A DNA stretch of 64,000 bases from an uncultured Candidatus Saccharibacteria bacterium (GTDB lineage Bacteria > Patescibacteriota > Saccharimonadia > Saccharimonadales > CAIOMD01): contig CAYZCZ010000001.1 in the NCBI GenBank assembly GCA_964477125.1, positions 43,790 through 107,789 of the forward strand, given 5' to 3'. The stretch's first letter is position 1. Each line of letters opens with the position of its first letter. The notes under the pieces are model-generated. The model was given only the letters and a program-made list of their open reading frames with translations, had not been told where the DNA came from and did no database searches. The translations under genes were made by a program, and so were the position numbers. Of the stretch, positions 1-9,350 are shown piece after piece.

Positions 1-77
1 AAAAAGCTAACAAAGAAGATGCAGAGGCTGCCAAGAAAACTCTTGAAGCCGCCGGTGCTACTGTTGAACTAGCCTAG
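1..77 (+). CDS. rplL: 50S ribosomal protein L7/L12, C-terminal fragment (partial)
   Basis: The frame starting at base 3 reads KANKEDAEAAKKTLEAAGATVELA*, the canonical L7/L12 C-terminus. Confidence 0.95.
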   Translation, partial: KANKEDAEAAKKTLEAAGATVELA

Positions 78-97
78 TAAGTTAGTCAAAAATATAT

Positions 98-126
98 AAC
101 CACGCTATTAAATTAGCGTGGTTTTT
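98..126 (+). terminator. Intrinsic terminator after rplL
   Basis: Stem AACCACGCTA / TAGCGTGGTT followed by a T run. Confidence 0.85.
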
Positions 127-182
127 GATAATTAAGAAACACCTTATATTTATAATAAATACTAACAGGGTAAAATAGTGTA

Positions 183-211
183 TTGACTTATCCACAACAT
201 ATAAATAATAT
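183..211 (+). promoter_or_regulatory. Sigma70-type promoter with a perfect DnaA box overlapping -35 and the spacer
   Basis: TTGACT (183-188), 17 nt, TAATAT (206-211); TTATCCACA at 188-196. Confidence 0.55.
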
Positions 212-296
212 TACTAGACAATAGTGTTTGATTGTGATATTTTAAAGACAATAATAGTAAGTGGAGATAACAAACACAAGATAAGGATAAGCTGCG

Positions 297-806
297 ATGT
301 CCGATATACCCGAGAAACAAATCAAGAGGCTTAAAAGCCTAATAACAGAAGCCGAGACTAATTTGGCTGCTGCTAAAGAATTATTAGTTAGCTTAGTCGG
401 TGAAGACCCAGCTGTAACTTCTACTGCTAGGGAGAGTGTGTCTGGTAAAGTGCTAGAAGGTGTTTTTGATGGTCAAAATATGGTCGGTAGCGATGGTAAA
501 ACCTACCCTGTACCTGCAAATTACGCCAGTAAGTCTAAGCTAGTGCAAGGCGATATACTTAAGCTAACAATTGGCGATGATGGTGCTTTCTTATACAAGC
601 AAATCGGTCCAATACCTCGCAAGCAACTTGTCGGGGTGCTAATTCAAAAAGAAGGTCACTATTACGTTGATGTTAGTACTCGAACTTACCGCGTATTATT
701 GGCTAGTGTAACCTACTTTAAAGCGAAACCAGGCGACCAAATAAGCATTAACGTACCAGAAGATGACATTGATGCTGAATGGGCTGCAATCGAAGCTGCA
801 CTGTAG
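297..806 (+). CDS. Conserved CPR-type hypothetical protein (N-terminal coiled coil, beta-rich core); not a true L7/L12
   Basis: 169 aa ORF with AAGGA SD. GVFDGQNM..GKTYPVPANYASKSKLV motif, recalled from CPR proteins found next to rplL. Confidence 0.75.
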   Translation: MSDIPEKQIKRLKSLITEAETNLAAAKELLVSLVGEDPAVTSTARESVSGKVLEGVFDGQNMVGSDGKTYPVPANYASKSKLVQGDILKLTIGDDGAFLYKQIGPIPRKQLVGVLIQKEGHYYVDVSTRTYRVLLASVTYFKAKPGDQISINVPEDDIDAEWAAIEAAL

Positions 807-828
807 TTATTGAGTAAGATTGTAAATT

Positions 829-852
829 AACCGTCCCAAGGGACGGTTTTTT
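829..852 (+). terminator. Intrinsic terminator
   Basis: AACCGTCC-CAAG-GGACGGTT followed by Ts. Confidence 0.85.
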
Positions 853-938
853 GTAGTAACTACAACAGACATTTACTTGCAATAGGTTTATAATTGGAAA
901 TAGAAAAATAAAAGACAAATGTTAAATAGGGGTAGTAA

Positions 939-2480
939 ATGTCACAGGCTCTATACAGAAAGTATCGTTCAAGGTCGCTTAATGAAATAGTTGGTCAAAA
1001 ACCAATAGTAACTGCATTGACTAATGCGCTACAGTCAAATGAAATTAGCCACGCATACTTGTTCACAGGGCCTAGGGGTGTAGGTAAAACATCAATAGCA
1101 CGTATTTTAGCCTTTGAAATAAACGATTTACCCTATAGCGATAATTTGCCTATAGACATCATAGAAATAGATGCAGCTTCTAATAGAAGAATCGACGAAA
1201 TTCGAAATTTGCGTGAAAAAGTCATGATTGCTCCTGTTAGTGCAAAGTATAAAGTTTATATAATAGATGAAGTTCACATGCTTACCAAAGAAGCATTTAA
1301 TGCCCTATTAAAGACTCTTGAAGAACCGCCTCAGCATGTTGTTTTTATACTGGCTACTACTGAATCGCATAAACTGCCCGATACAATTATTTCTCGAACA
1401 CAACAATACAATTTTAAGTTAGCCGAACCCAGCGAAGTAGTAGATCATCTAACGAAAATATCTAAAAAAGAAAATATAATCATTGAACAAGATGCTCTAA
1501 AAACTTTAGCAATACATAGTGGCGGTAGTTTAAGAGATGCCTTAAGTTTATTGGACCAAGTAAGGCATAGTGGCGGTAAAGAGATTACGAATAAACAAAT
1601 AGAGCAAGTTCTCGGCCTCCCACCAGAATCAGTTATAGATGGTATTTTGGAATGTATTTCGGATAACAATGCATCAAAACTAATCAATATTTTAAAAGAT
1701 GCCAGTGATAACGGTGTATCTGCAAGCTTAATAGCTGATTCTTTAATAAATAAGCTTCGGGGATTACTAGTTTATGGTGATGCGCACCTTTCTAGAAAAG
1801 TAGTTATAGAACTACTTCGGAATTTAGTAAATATCGACCAAAGCCCTAGGCCAAGTGTCCAGCTTGAAATTGAAACTTTACAGGCATTATTCGATAATCA
1901 TCCGGATACTATAGCTAAGAGTACACAAACCGTAAGCCCAGCGTTAACTGTATCAGCACCTGCTAGTAAGGTTAAGCAAATAATTTCTGAAGCCAAACAT
2001 ATAGTAGAGCAAGATGCTCCTGTTGCTAAACGAAAATCGCAAGATAAACCCGATATCAAAAAATTAGAAACTGAAACTCCTAAGCCCACACGCGAGAAAA
2101 CAAGCATGAGTGTTCAGCAGTGGCAAATTGTGTTAGAAGAGCTTCGGCAAACTCACAATACCCTTTACAGTGTTTTACGTATGGCTAGCCTTAAGGAAGA
2201 AAAACTCAGCAAACATATAATAGAACTTGAGTTTGGCTTTCCTTTCCACCAAAAAAGAATGTCAGACCAGAAAAACCAACAGCCTGTACATGAGGTTATG
2301 GAAAAATTAGGCTTAGCAGGCTATACAATTGTATGCAACTTAGGCGATAAAGGTTCTAGGCGCGTACCAGCTTTGGTGAATGCATCACCATCAATAGTTA
2401 ATGAAACACAGCCAAATAGCGATAATATTATGCTAGATCAAGTAAAAAATATTTTTGGTGGCGCTGAAGTGTTAGAATAG
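939..2480 (+). CDS. dnaX: DNA polymerase III subunit gamma/tau
   Basis: ALYRKYR N-terminus, Walker A GPRGVGKT, EIDAAS, IIDEVHML, NALLKTLEEPP. Confidence 0.97.
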   Translation: MSQALYRKYRSRSLNEIVGQKPIVTALTNALQSNEISHAYLFTGPRGVGKTSIARILAFEINDLPYSDNLPIDIIEIDAASNRRIDEIRNLREKVMIAPVSAKYKVYIIDEVHMLTKEAFNALLKTLEEPPQHVVFILATTESHKLPDTIISRTQQYNFKLAEPSEVVDHLTKISKKENIIIEQDALKTLAIHSGGSLRDALSLLDQVRHSGGKEITNKQIEQVLGLPPESVIDGILECISDNNASKLINILKDASDNGVSASLIADSLINKLRGLLVYGDAHLSRKVVIELLRNLVNIDQSPRPSVQLEIETLQALFDNHPDTIAKSTQTVSPALTVSAPASKVKQIISEAKHIVEQDAPVAKRKSQDKPDIKKLETETPKPTREKTSMSVQQWQIVLEELRQTHNTLYSVLRMASLKEEKLSKHIIELEFGFPFHQKRMSDQKNQQPVHEVMEKLGLAGYTIVCNLGDKGSRRVPALVNASPSIVNETQPNSDNIMLDQVKNIFGGAEVLE

Positions 2481-2487
2481 TTATACC

Positions 2488-3870
2488 ATGGCCAAAGCCA
2501 ATACAAGCACTGCTAAACTACCACCACAAAACTTAGATGCTGAAAGCTCACTTTTAGGCTCTATTCTTATAGATAGCGACGCTATCGTAAGGGTTGCTGA
2601 TATAGTAACAGTTAAGGACTTTTACGATGAGCGTCATGAACGTATCTATGAAGCTATTTCTAAGCTTTATAACAAACACAGCCCAATTGATATTTTAACT
2701 TTATCAAACCAACTAAAAGACGATGATTTTCTAGATATTGTTGGAGGAGCAAGTTATTTAACTGAACTAACTAACTACGTTCCTACTGCTGCACATGTTG
2801 AGCATTACGCTGAAATTGTTGCTCAAAAAGCCTTAAGGCGTCGACTCATTAATGCCAGCCAAGAAATGGTTGGCTTGGGTTATGACGAATCAAAAACTAT
2901 TCAGTCATTAATAGAAGAAGCTGAAGCCCAACTATTCCAAGTTAGCCAGCAACATGTTAAACAAGATATCGCATCAATTGAAGATATATTAGCTGAAAGC
3001 TTTGAAAGGTTAGATGACCTGCATAAAGACAAGGGCAAAATTAGAGGTGTGCCGACAGGCTTTAAAGACCTTGATAACATTTTAGCTGGTTTACAAAGGA
3101 GTGACCTTATAATTATTGCAGCAAGGCCTAGCATGGGTAAAACTGCTCTTAGCCTTAACTTAGCCCATAATATTGCCACTAAATCTGACCAGCCGGTATT
3201 GGTGTTTAGTTTAGAAATGAGTAAAGAACAGTTAGTAGACCGTATGCTGTCTATGGAATCTGGCGTAGACGCTTGGAACATTAGAACTGGCAACCTAAGT
3301 GATAAAGATTTTGAAAAAATTGGGCATGCAATGGGGACTTTAAGTGAAGCCCCAATATTTATTGATGATAGCCCTGGGATTACTGTCAGCGACCTACGAA
3401 CGAAAGCCAGGCGCGAACAACATAAAAGACAACTAGGCTTAATATTAGTTGACTACCTACAACTTATGAGTGGTGGTTCGCGTTTTAGTAGCGATGGCAA
3501 TAGGGTCCAAGAAATTTCTGAAATTAGTCGTGGTCTAAAATCTATAGCCAGGGAACTAAATGTACCGGTAATTGCCCTAAGTCAGCTAAGTCGTTCAGTA
3601 GAATCACGTAGTCCGCAAATACCTCAGCTTGCTGATTTACGTGAATCTGGATCTATAGAGCAAGATGCCGACGTTGTAGCATTTATTTATCGTGAAGACT
3701 ATTACAACCCAGAAACAGATCGGAAAAATATTACAGATATTCTAATTAAAAAGCATCGTAATGGTCCAACCGGTAATGTAGAACTTTATTTTGATAGGGA
3801 ACGTCAAAAATTTAAAAGCCTTGATAAACGCCAATCTGGTGGGGGTATAAAAGATCCTTTTGACTCGTAG
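2488..3870 (+). CDS. dnaB: Replicative DNA helicase
   Basis: PPQNLDAE, AARPSMGKT, FSLEMS, VDYLQL, LSQLSR, DLRESGSIEQDAD, KHRNGPTG. Confidence 0.98.
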   Translation: MAKANTSTAKLPPQNLDAESSLLGSILIDSDAIVRVADIVTVKDFYDERHERIYEAISKLYNKHSPIDILTLSNQLKDDDFLDIVGGASYLTELTNYVPTAAHVEHYAEIVAQKALRRRLINASQEMVGLGYDESKTIQSLIEEAEAQLFQVSQQHVKQDIASIEDILAESFERLDDLHKDKGKIRGVPTGFKDLDNILAGLQRSDLIIIAARPSMGKTALSLNLAHNIATKSDQPVLVFSLEMSKEQLVDRMLSMESGVDAWNIRTGNLSDKDFEKIGHAMGTLSEAPIFIDDSPGITVSDLRTKARREQHKRQLGLILVDYLQLMSGGSRFSSDGNRVQEISEISRGLKSIARELNVPVIALSQLSRSVESRSPQIPQLADLRESGSIEQDADVVAFIYREDYYNPETDRKNITDILIKKHRNGPTGNVELYFDRERQKFKSLDKRQSGGGIKDPFDS

Positions 3871-3920
3871 ATATATACCGTTATACATCTATCGCCTGTG
3901 ATATACTTATCGTAAAGAAT

Positions 3921-5129
3921 ATGAAAGTCTATTTTAAGAAATTTACTAGTTTCGTGGGAAGCAACTGGCAAAATTTGGTTGTTGGTTTTTTGGTTATTAC
4001 TGTTAGTATTCTTACCTTAGCTATACAACCAACCGTTATACAGCACCACGCCAATATCTATGAAGCGTCAACAATTCAAAAATTAGTAGATCCAGATATG
4101 CCTTGGTATCGAGCTGTAAATGCACCTTATTTAATTGGCGCCCGTGTTGCTGGCCTAGCGACAGATAGTTCGCTAATGGCCGCAAGGTTAACTAGTACTC
4201 TATTGACTTTAGCGTCGATCGGACTTTTTTATCTACTAATTAGAATATGGTTTAATTCCAAAATGGCTATGGTTGGATCTCTGTTATTTCTAACGAGTAG
4301 CCTAGCCTTAAATACTGCGCATCAGGCTACTTTTGTTTCAATGTTAATGTTCTGCCCTTTACTTATCTTTGCCACTTTTACGTGGTTAATGAGAACAAAA
4401 ACAAATCAATATATTAGTTTTCTAGCTTTTATATCTTCATTAGCCATTAGTGCTTATACACCATATATGCTTTGGTTTATTTTAATTGCTGTTACGGCCA
4501 TAAGTGTATACGCCAGGAATAAACTAAAAAAACTTAAGATATGGCAACTCCTAAGCGGAGCTGCGCTTTACATACTAATACTTTTACCGCTATTCGTAAG
4601 CTTGTTGGGTGCTCCAGGACAACTGAAAGAATTACTTGGCATGCCTACATATGGGCTAGCCAATATTACAGAGTATTTAATAAATATAATACAAATAATT
4701 TCCAGTACTTTCTTCTACGCATCTACTATGCCAGTTACTTTCTTAGGAAACTTGCCGGTACTAGATGTATTTAGCGCTGCATGTGCAATATTAGGTATAT
4801 ACTATTTTATAAAAAGATTTAGGCATAGGCGGTCAATAATCATTTTTGCTGGTATAAGTTTTTCAATATTACTCTTAGCACTGTCAAATAATTTTCAACT
4901 TTTCTTTGCCTTGTTGTTACCATTTTTGTATATATTTGTTATTGCAGGAATCATTGAGTTATTAAAACAATGGTTCCAATTTTTCCCTAGGAATCCACTA
5001 GCTAGAAATTTTGGAGTAGCTTTAGTTGTTATTGCCATTGGGTTAGTTAGTTTTTATCAATTACAAAGATACTACGTAGCTTGGGCCAATGCACCTGAGA
5101 CAAAAGCCGTTTACGTGATAAAATATTAG
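3921..5129 (+). CDS. Multi-pass membrane protein, GT-C (PMT/ArnT, family 39)-like glycosyltransferase
   Basis: About 11 hydrophobic segments; 'APY...ARLTS.LL.L.SI..FY' resembles the GT-C N-terminal signature. Confidence 0.6.
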   Translation: MKVYFKKFTSFVGSNWQNLVVGFLVITVSILTLAIQPTVIQHHANIYEASTIQKLVDPDMPWYRAVNAPYLIGARVAGLATDSSLMAARLTSTLLTLASIGLFYLLIRIWFNSKMAMVGSLLFLTSSLALNTAHQATFVSMLMFCPLLIFATFTWLMRTKTNQYISFLAFISSLAISAYTPYMLWFILIAVTAISVYARNKLKKLKIWQLLSGAALYILILLPLFVSLLGAPGQLKELLGMPTYGLANITEYLINIIQIISSTFFYASTMPVTFLGNLPVLDVFSAACAILGIYYFIKRFRHRRSIIIFAGISFSILLLALSNNFQLFFALLLPFLYIFVIAGIIELLKQWFQFFPRNPLARNFGVALVVIAIGLVSFYQLQRYYVAWANAPETKAVYVIKY

Positions 5130-5162
5130 TTAAGTTAATAAAATATTGATAAGGGAGAATAT

Positions 5163-5456
5163 ATGGGTAAGCTTGATCAAGCAAAGATGTTAATGAAAGT
5201 CCGCAAATTGCAAAAAGAATTGCAAAAAATGATTATCGAAGCGAGCGCTGGTGATGGCGCAGTTATTGTAGAAATCACAGGCGAACAAAAAATTAAGAAA
5301 ATACATATCGATCCAGAATATGTTGACTTAGATGATATTGGCCAGCTTGAAAAATGGGTTGAAGAAGCAGTAAAAGACGCCATTCAAAAGAGTCAAAAAA
5401 TTGCAGCCGAAAAAATGCAACCAATGCTAGGTGGCCTTGGCGAGTTAGGTCTTTAA
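5163..5456 (+). CDS. ybaB: Nucleoid-associated protein YbaB/EbfC
   Basis: AGDGAVIVEITGEQKIKKIHIDP motif; directly upstream of recR. Confidence 0.93.
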   Translation: MGKLDQAKMLMKVRKLQKELQKMIIEASAGDGAVIVEITGEQKIKKIHIDPEYVDLDDIGQLEKWVEEAVKDAIQKSQKIAAEKMQPMLGGLGELGL

Positions 5457-5496
5457 ACATTACCAACAATAGAGAATTAGCTATAAAGGAATATAA

Positions 5497-6105
5497 ATGA
5501 GTCAGGTGCTCCCAAAAGCACTTCAAAAGAGCATAGAAGCGATTGGCTGTTTGCCAGGCGTTGGGTCTAGAACTGCTGAAAGATATGCTTATTTTTTACT
5601 TAAATCCGATAAAACTAATAGTGAAAAAATCGCAGATTCAATATTGCAACTACATAGTAAAATTAAAATTTGCCCAAAAACTTTTGCTATTATTGATGCT
5701 GATTTGGATGTCTCGCCACTATACAGTGACCTAGGACGTGATAAACAGCTAGTTGCAATAGTTGCCGAACCTTTTGACATTGTCGCTCTAGAAAAGACTG
5801 CCAGTTTTAAGGGGACCTACCATGTACTTGGTGGTCTTATCTCTCCAATTGATGGTGTTGGCCCAGATAATTTACGCATTAATGAACTAAAACAACGTAT
5901 TGAAGAAGATAGCGTTAAAGAAGTGATATTGGCGACAAATGCCAGTGTTGAGGGTGAAACAACAGCATTATATTTACAGCAACAATTAGCTGGTATGAAT
6001 TTAAGACTAACCAGGCTAGCTCGTGGAATTCCTATTGGCCTCGATCTTGAATACACAGACCAAATAACCCTAACTAGGGCCCTAGAAGGCAGAACGGGAT
6101 TATAA
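5497..6105 (+). CDS. recR: Recombination mediator RecR (zinc finger degenerate)
   Basis: LPGVGSRTAER HhH motif, YHVLGG.ISP.DG.GP, EGETTA Toprim motif, RLARGIP.G..LEY.D..TL. Confidence 0.97.
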   Translation: MSQVLPKALQKSIEAIGCLPGVGSRTAERYAYFLLKSDKTNSEKIADSILQLHSKIKICPKTFAIIDADLDVSPLYSDLGRDKQLVAIVAEPFDIVALEKTASFKGTYHVLGGLISPIDGVGPDNLRINELKQRIEEDSVKEVILATNASVEGETTALYLQQQLAGMNLRLTRLARGIPIGLDLEYTDQITLTRALEGRTGL

Positions 6106-7100
6106 TGATACCTAAACTAAATGAAATTAAAGAGTTTATAGCTAACAATAACAGTTTTGTAGTAGTGCAGGCCGATAACCCAGATGGAGATAGCCTAGCA
6201 ACAGCGCTAGCATTAGAAGCAATTCTTGGCGATATGGGCAAAACAGTTAACTTATATTGTGGCGTGGAAATGCCAGGTTACCTAAAATTCATAAGTGGCT
6301 GGGAAAAAATAGATAAATATTTCTTAGCAGAATTCGATGCAACAATAATTGTTGATACATCCGCTAATAACTTATTAGAAAAATTGAACGAAAGCCAAGC
6401 AAAAATGTGGGTAGCATCTAAACCAGTATTAGTACTAGATCATCACAGTGAGGTAGAATGTGATATTCCATATGCAAATATAGTTTGTAACCCAAAAAAT
6501 TATGCTTCTACAGGCGAACTTGTATATGACATTGTAAAAAGTAGTGGATGGTCTATTAGCAAAGAAAGTGGAGAGCTAATTCTACAAAGTATACTTTCAG
6601 ACAGCCTAGGTCTAACTAGCGATATTGCCGGACCTGATACTTACCGACGAGTGGCAGAATTACTTGAAATGGGTATTAAACGTTCAAAGCTAGAAGAAGC
6701 TAGGAGAGAACTTTCCAAAATGGACCCAGATGTTTTCCGCTATAAAGCAAAACTTATTGAAAGAACAGAGTTTTTCTATGACAATAAAATAGCTGTAACA
6801 ATAATTCCTGAAAATGAATTGTTTGATGTTGGCACATTATATAACCCTGGGCCACTAATAATAAGTGAGCTACTTAACGTAAGTGGAGTCCAAGTTGCAA
6901 TAGCACTAAAAACTTACTCCAATAAGCTTACAGGCTCAATCAGGTGTGCTTCCGGTATAGAAATTGCTAATAAGCTAGCAACAAACTATGGAGGCGGAGG
7001 TCACCCATATGCTGCAGGTTTTAAAATTGATAAATTTAGTAAAAATATTAAAGACTTTAAATATAGCTTAGTGAAACAAACTATTGAGCTGATAAAATAA
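6105..7100 (+). CDS. nrnA: DHH/DHHA1 phosphoesterase (NrnA-like nanoRNase/pAp phosphatase)
   Basis: NPDGDS, IVD, LDHH, ASTGE, SIR, GGGGHPYAAG. Confidence 0.88.
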   Translation: MIPKLNEIKEFIANNNSFVVVQADNPDGDSLATALALEAILGDMGKTVNLYCGVEMPGYLKFISGWEKIDKYFLAEFDATIIVDTSANNLLEKLNESQAKMWVASKPVLVLDHHSEVECDIPYANIVCNPKNYASTGELVYDIVKSSGWSISKESGELILQSILSDSLGLTSDIAGPDTYRRVAELLEMGIKRSKLEEARRELSKMDPDVFRYKAKLIERTEFFYDNKIAVTIIPENELFDVGTLYNPGPLIISELLNVSGVQVAIALKTYSNKLTGSIRCASGIEIANKLATNYGGGGHPYAAGFKIDKFSKNIKDFKYSLVKQTIELIK

Positions 7101-7106
7101 TTAAAT

Positions 7107-8531
7107 ATGATAAATTTATATAATACGAAAAATAAACAAATCGAAGAATTTGTTTCTATTAATAAAAATGAAGTACTTTTATATACTTGTGGCCCTACTG
7201 TATATAACTATTTGCATGTAGGTAATTGGGTTGCATACATTCGATGGGATATTTTAGTTCGAACTCTTTTAGCCAATGGCTATGATGTGAAAAGAGTTAT
7301 GAACATTACTGATGTTGGTCATTTGGTTAGCGACGCCGATGATGGTGAAGATAAAATGGAAAAAGGGGCCAAACGAGAGGGTAAAACAGCCTGGGAAGTT
7401 GCCAAAATGTATACCGACGATTTTTTAGACGGCATGAACAAACTAAATTTAATTAAACCTACATATATTACAAAAGCAACAGATTACATACAGGAGCAAA
7501 TCAATTTAGTTAAATCCTTAGAGCAAAAAGGCTACACCTACGTTATTGATGATGGAGTGTATTTTGATACTAGCAAATTCAAACGCTATGCCAAATTTGC
7601 CAATCTTAATTTGGAAGAAATAAAACAGGGAGCCCGGGTAGAATTTAATCAGCAAAAAAAGAACCCAAGCGATTTTGCCTTGTGGAAATTCAGCCCCAAA
7701 GATGAAGTACGCGACATGGAATGGGATAGTCCCTGGGGTATGGGTTTTCCGGGTTGGCATTTAGAATGTTCAGCAATGGCATTATGTAAACTAGGGGATA
7801 CAATAGACATCCACACTGGTGGAATAGATCATATACCTGTGCACCACACAAACGAAATAGCACAAAGCGAAAGTGCCACAGGTCAAACATTCTCTAACTA
7901 TTGGTTGCACAACAACTTTTTGCTTATAGACAATACTAAAGTAAGTAAAAGTATTGGCAACACATATACGCTCCAAGACATTGCTGAAAAAGGATACTCG
8001 CCAGATGATTTTAAAATGTTTGTTCTACAAAGCCATTATCGAAAAGAAAGTAACTTTACTTGGAAAAATCTACAATCGGCCAAAAACCGTTTACAAAATT
8101 GGAAAAAAATAGCTTGTCTAAGGTGGCAAGCAATTGAAACACTCGAAAATTGCGACGAAGCCTGTATTACTGATAGTAACCTAATATATATGCATTCGAT
8201 ATCCGGTTTACAAAACGCACTGAATACCGACCTAGATACTCCTAATGCACTCGTATGTGCCGAAGAAGGCTTAAACTATGCAGAAGTAAATAACTTACAT
8301 TTGCAGGAATTAGATAATTTTAATAAACTTCTAGATAATATTGAAGATTACTTAGGTTTAGAAATTAAATCGGATGATATTACCGCCAATCAAAAACAAA
8401 TTATTATCGACCGAAATATCGCCAGAGATAATAAAGATTACTTAAAATCAGATGAACTTAGGCTTATGTTAGAAAAGCAAGGCATTGAAATACGAGATAC
8501 TCCTGATGGGCAGATTTGGCACAGGTCATAG
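7107..8531 (+). CDS. cysS: Cysteine--tRNA ligase
   Basis: YTCGPTVY, HVGN (HIGH), DFALWK, PGWHLECSAM, HHTNE, KVSKS (KMSKS). Confidence 0.98.
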   Translation: MINLYNTKNKQIEEFVSINKNEVLLYTCGPTVYNYLHVGNWVAYIRWDILVRTLLANGYDVKRVMNITDVGHLVSDADDGEDKMEKGAKREGKTAWEVAKMYTDDFLDGMNKLNLIKPTYITKATDYIQEQINLVKSLEQKGYTYVIDDGVYFDTSKFKRYAKFANLNLEEIKQGARVEFNQQKKNPSDFALWKFSPKDEVRDMEWDSPWGMGFPGWHLECSAMALCKLGDTIDIHTGGIDHIPVHHTNEIAQSESATGQTFSNYWLHNNFLLIDNTKVSKSIGNTYTLQDIAEKGYSPDDFKMFVLQSHYRKESNFTWKNLQSAKNRLQNWKKIACLRWQAIETLENCDEACITDSNLIYMHSISGLQNALNTDLDTPNALVCAEEGLNYAEVNNLHLQELDNFNKLLDNIEDYLGLEIKSDDITANQKQIIIDRNIARDNKDYLKSDELRLMLEKQGIEIRDTPDGQIWHRS

Positions 8532-8618
8532 CATTATGATAAAATTCTCTAGAATTAATTAAAAAACCAATAGCATTGAGGTGACATTTAAATGCTTTCC
8601 AAATGTGAAAGGTATTTT

Positions 8619-9350
8619 ATGTCAAAGAAACGGGCCATTGGCGTCAATGAATATACGTCAAAAAAGTCAAATCCCAAAGGCTCGAAATATTACGATATTA
8701 TATTGGCTAGTTTTGTAGCTTTTTTACTAGTATCTAATATTGGGGCAGTAAAAATTATTGACATCCATGGCTTTTTAACGGACGGTGGCGCAATATTGTT
8801 TCCATTAACCTACATATTTGGCGATATTTTAACAGAAGTTTACGGATTTAAATATGCCCGGCGAGCAATTTGGACAGCTTTTGCCATTATGGCCCTTGCT
8901 AGTATTGTGTTTTTACTCGTTGGGAAAGCACCAGCTGGTGCCGAGTGGGGATTGCAATCCTCCTGGGATGATATATTAGGATTTGTACCAAGAATTGTCA
9001 TAGCCAGTCTCGTTGCTTTTTTAGTAGGGCAATTTATGAACGCGTTTGTACTTGCTAAGTTAAAAGTTAAATATGGTAAAGACAAGCTATGGGTTAGGCT
9101 TACCGGCTCTACAATTGTTGGTGAACTTTTTGACACCGCAGTATTCACGCTTGTTGCGTTTACCGCATCTGGCTTCATGTCTGGACCGCAAATGGTGAAG
9201 TTTATAATACAGGGTTGGATATTCAAAACAGTAGTCGAAATTATTATGCTACCAATAACTTACAAAATAATTGCCTTCCTTAAAAAAGAAGAAAACCGCG
9301 ATGCATTGGATACAAATACTAACTTTTCACCATTCCGTCTTAACATTTAA
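8619..9350 (+). CDS. yhhQ: Queuosine precursor transporter, YhhQ/VUT family (alternative in-frame start at 8592)
   Basis: FPLTYIFGDILTEVYG...ARRAIW, PRIVIASLVAFLVGQF.N, R...STIVGELFDT; adjacent to tgt. Confidence 0.92.
   Translation: MSKKRAIGVNEYTSKKSNPKGSKYYDIILASFVAFLLVSNIGAVKIIDIHGFLTDGGAILFPLTYIFGDILTEVYGFKYARRAIWTAFAIMALASIVFLLVGKAPAGAEWGLQSSWDDILGFVPRIVIASLVAFLVGQFMNAFVLAKLKVKYGKDKLWVRLTGSTIVGELFDTAVFTLVAFTASGFMSGPQMVKFIIQGWIFKTVVEIIMLPITYKIIAFLKKEENRDALDTNTNFSPFRLNI

Noticed and set aside
128-296. Possible oriC in the AT-rich gap after rplL
   Set aside because: Only one clear DnaA box, and no dnaA or dnaN nearby; treated as a regulatory site instead.
2250-2258. Possible dnaX -1 frameshift site (AAAAAAG)
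   Set aside because: The run is phased CAA-AAA-AGA, not A-AAA-AAG, and I see no clear stimulatory hairpin.
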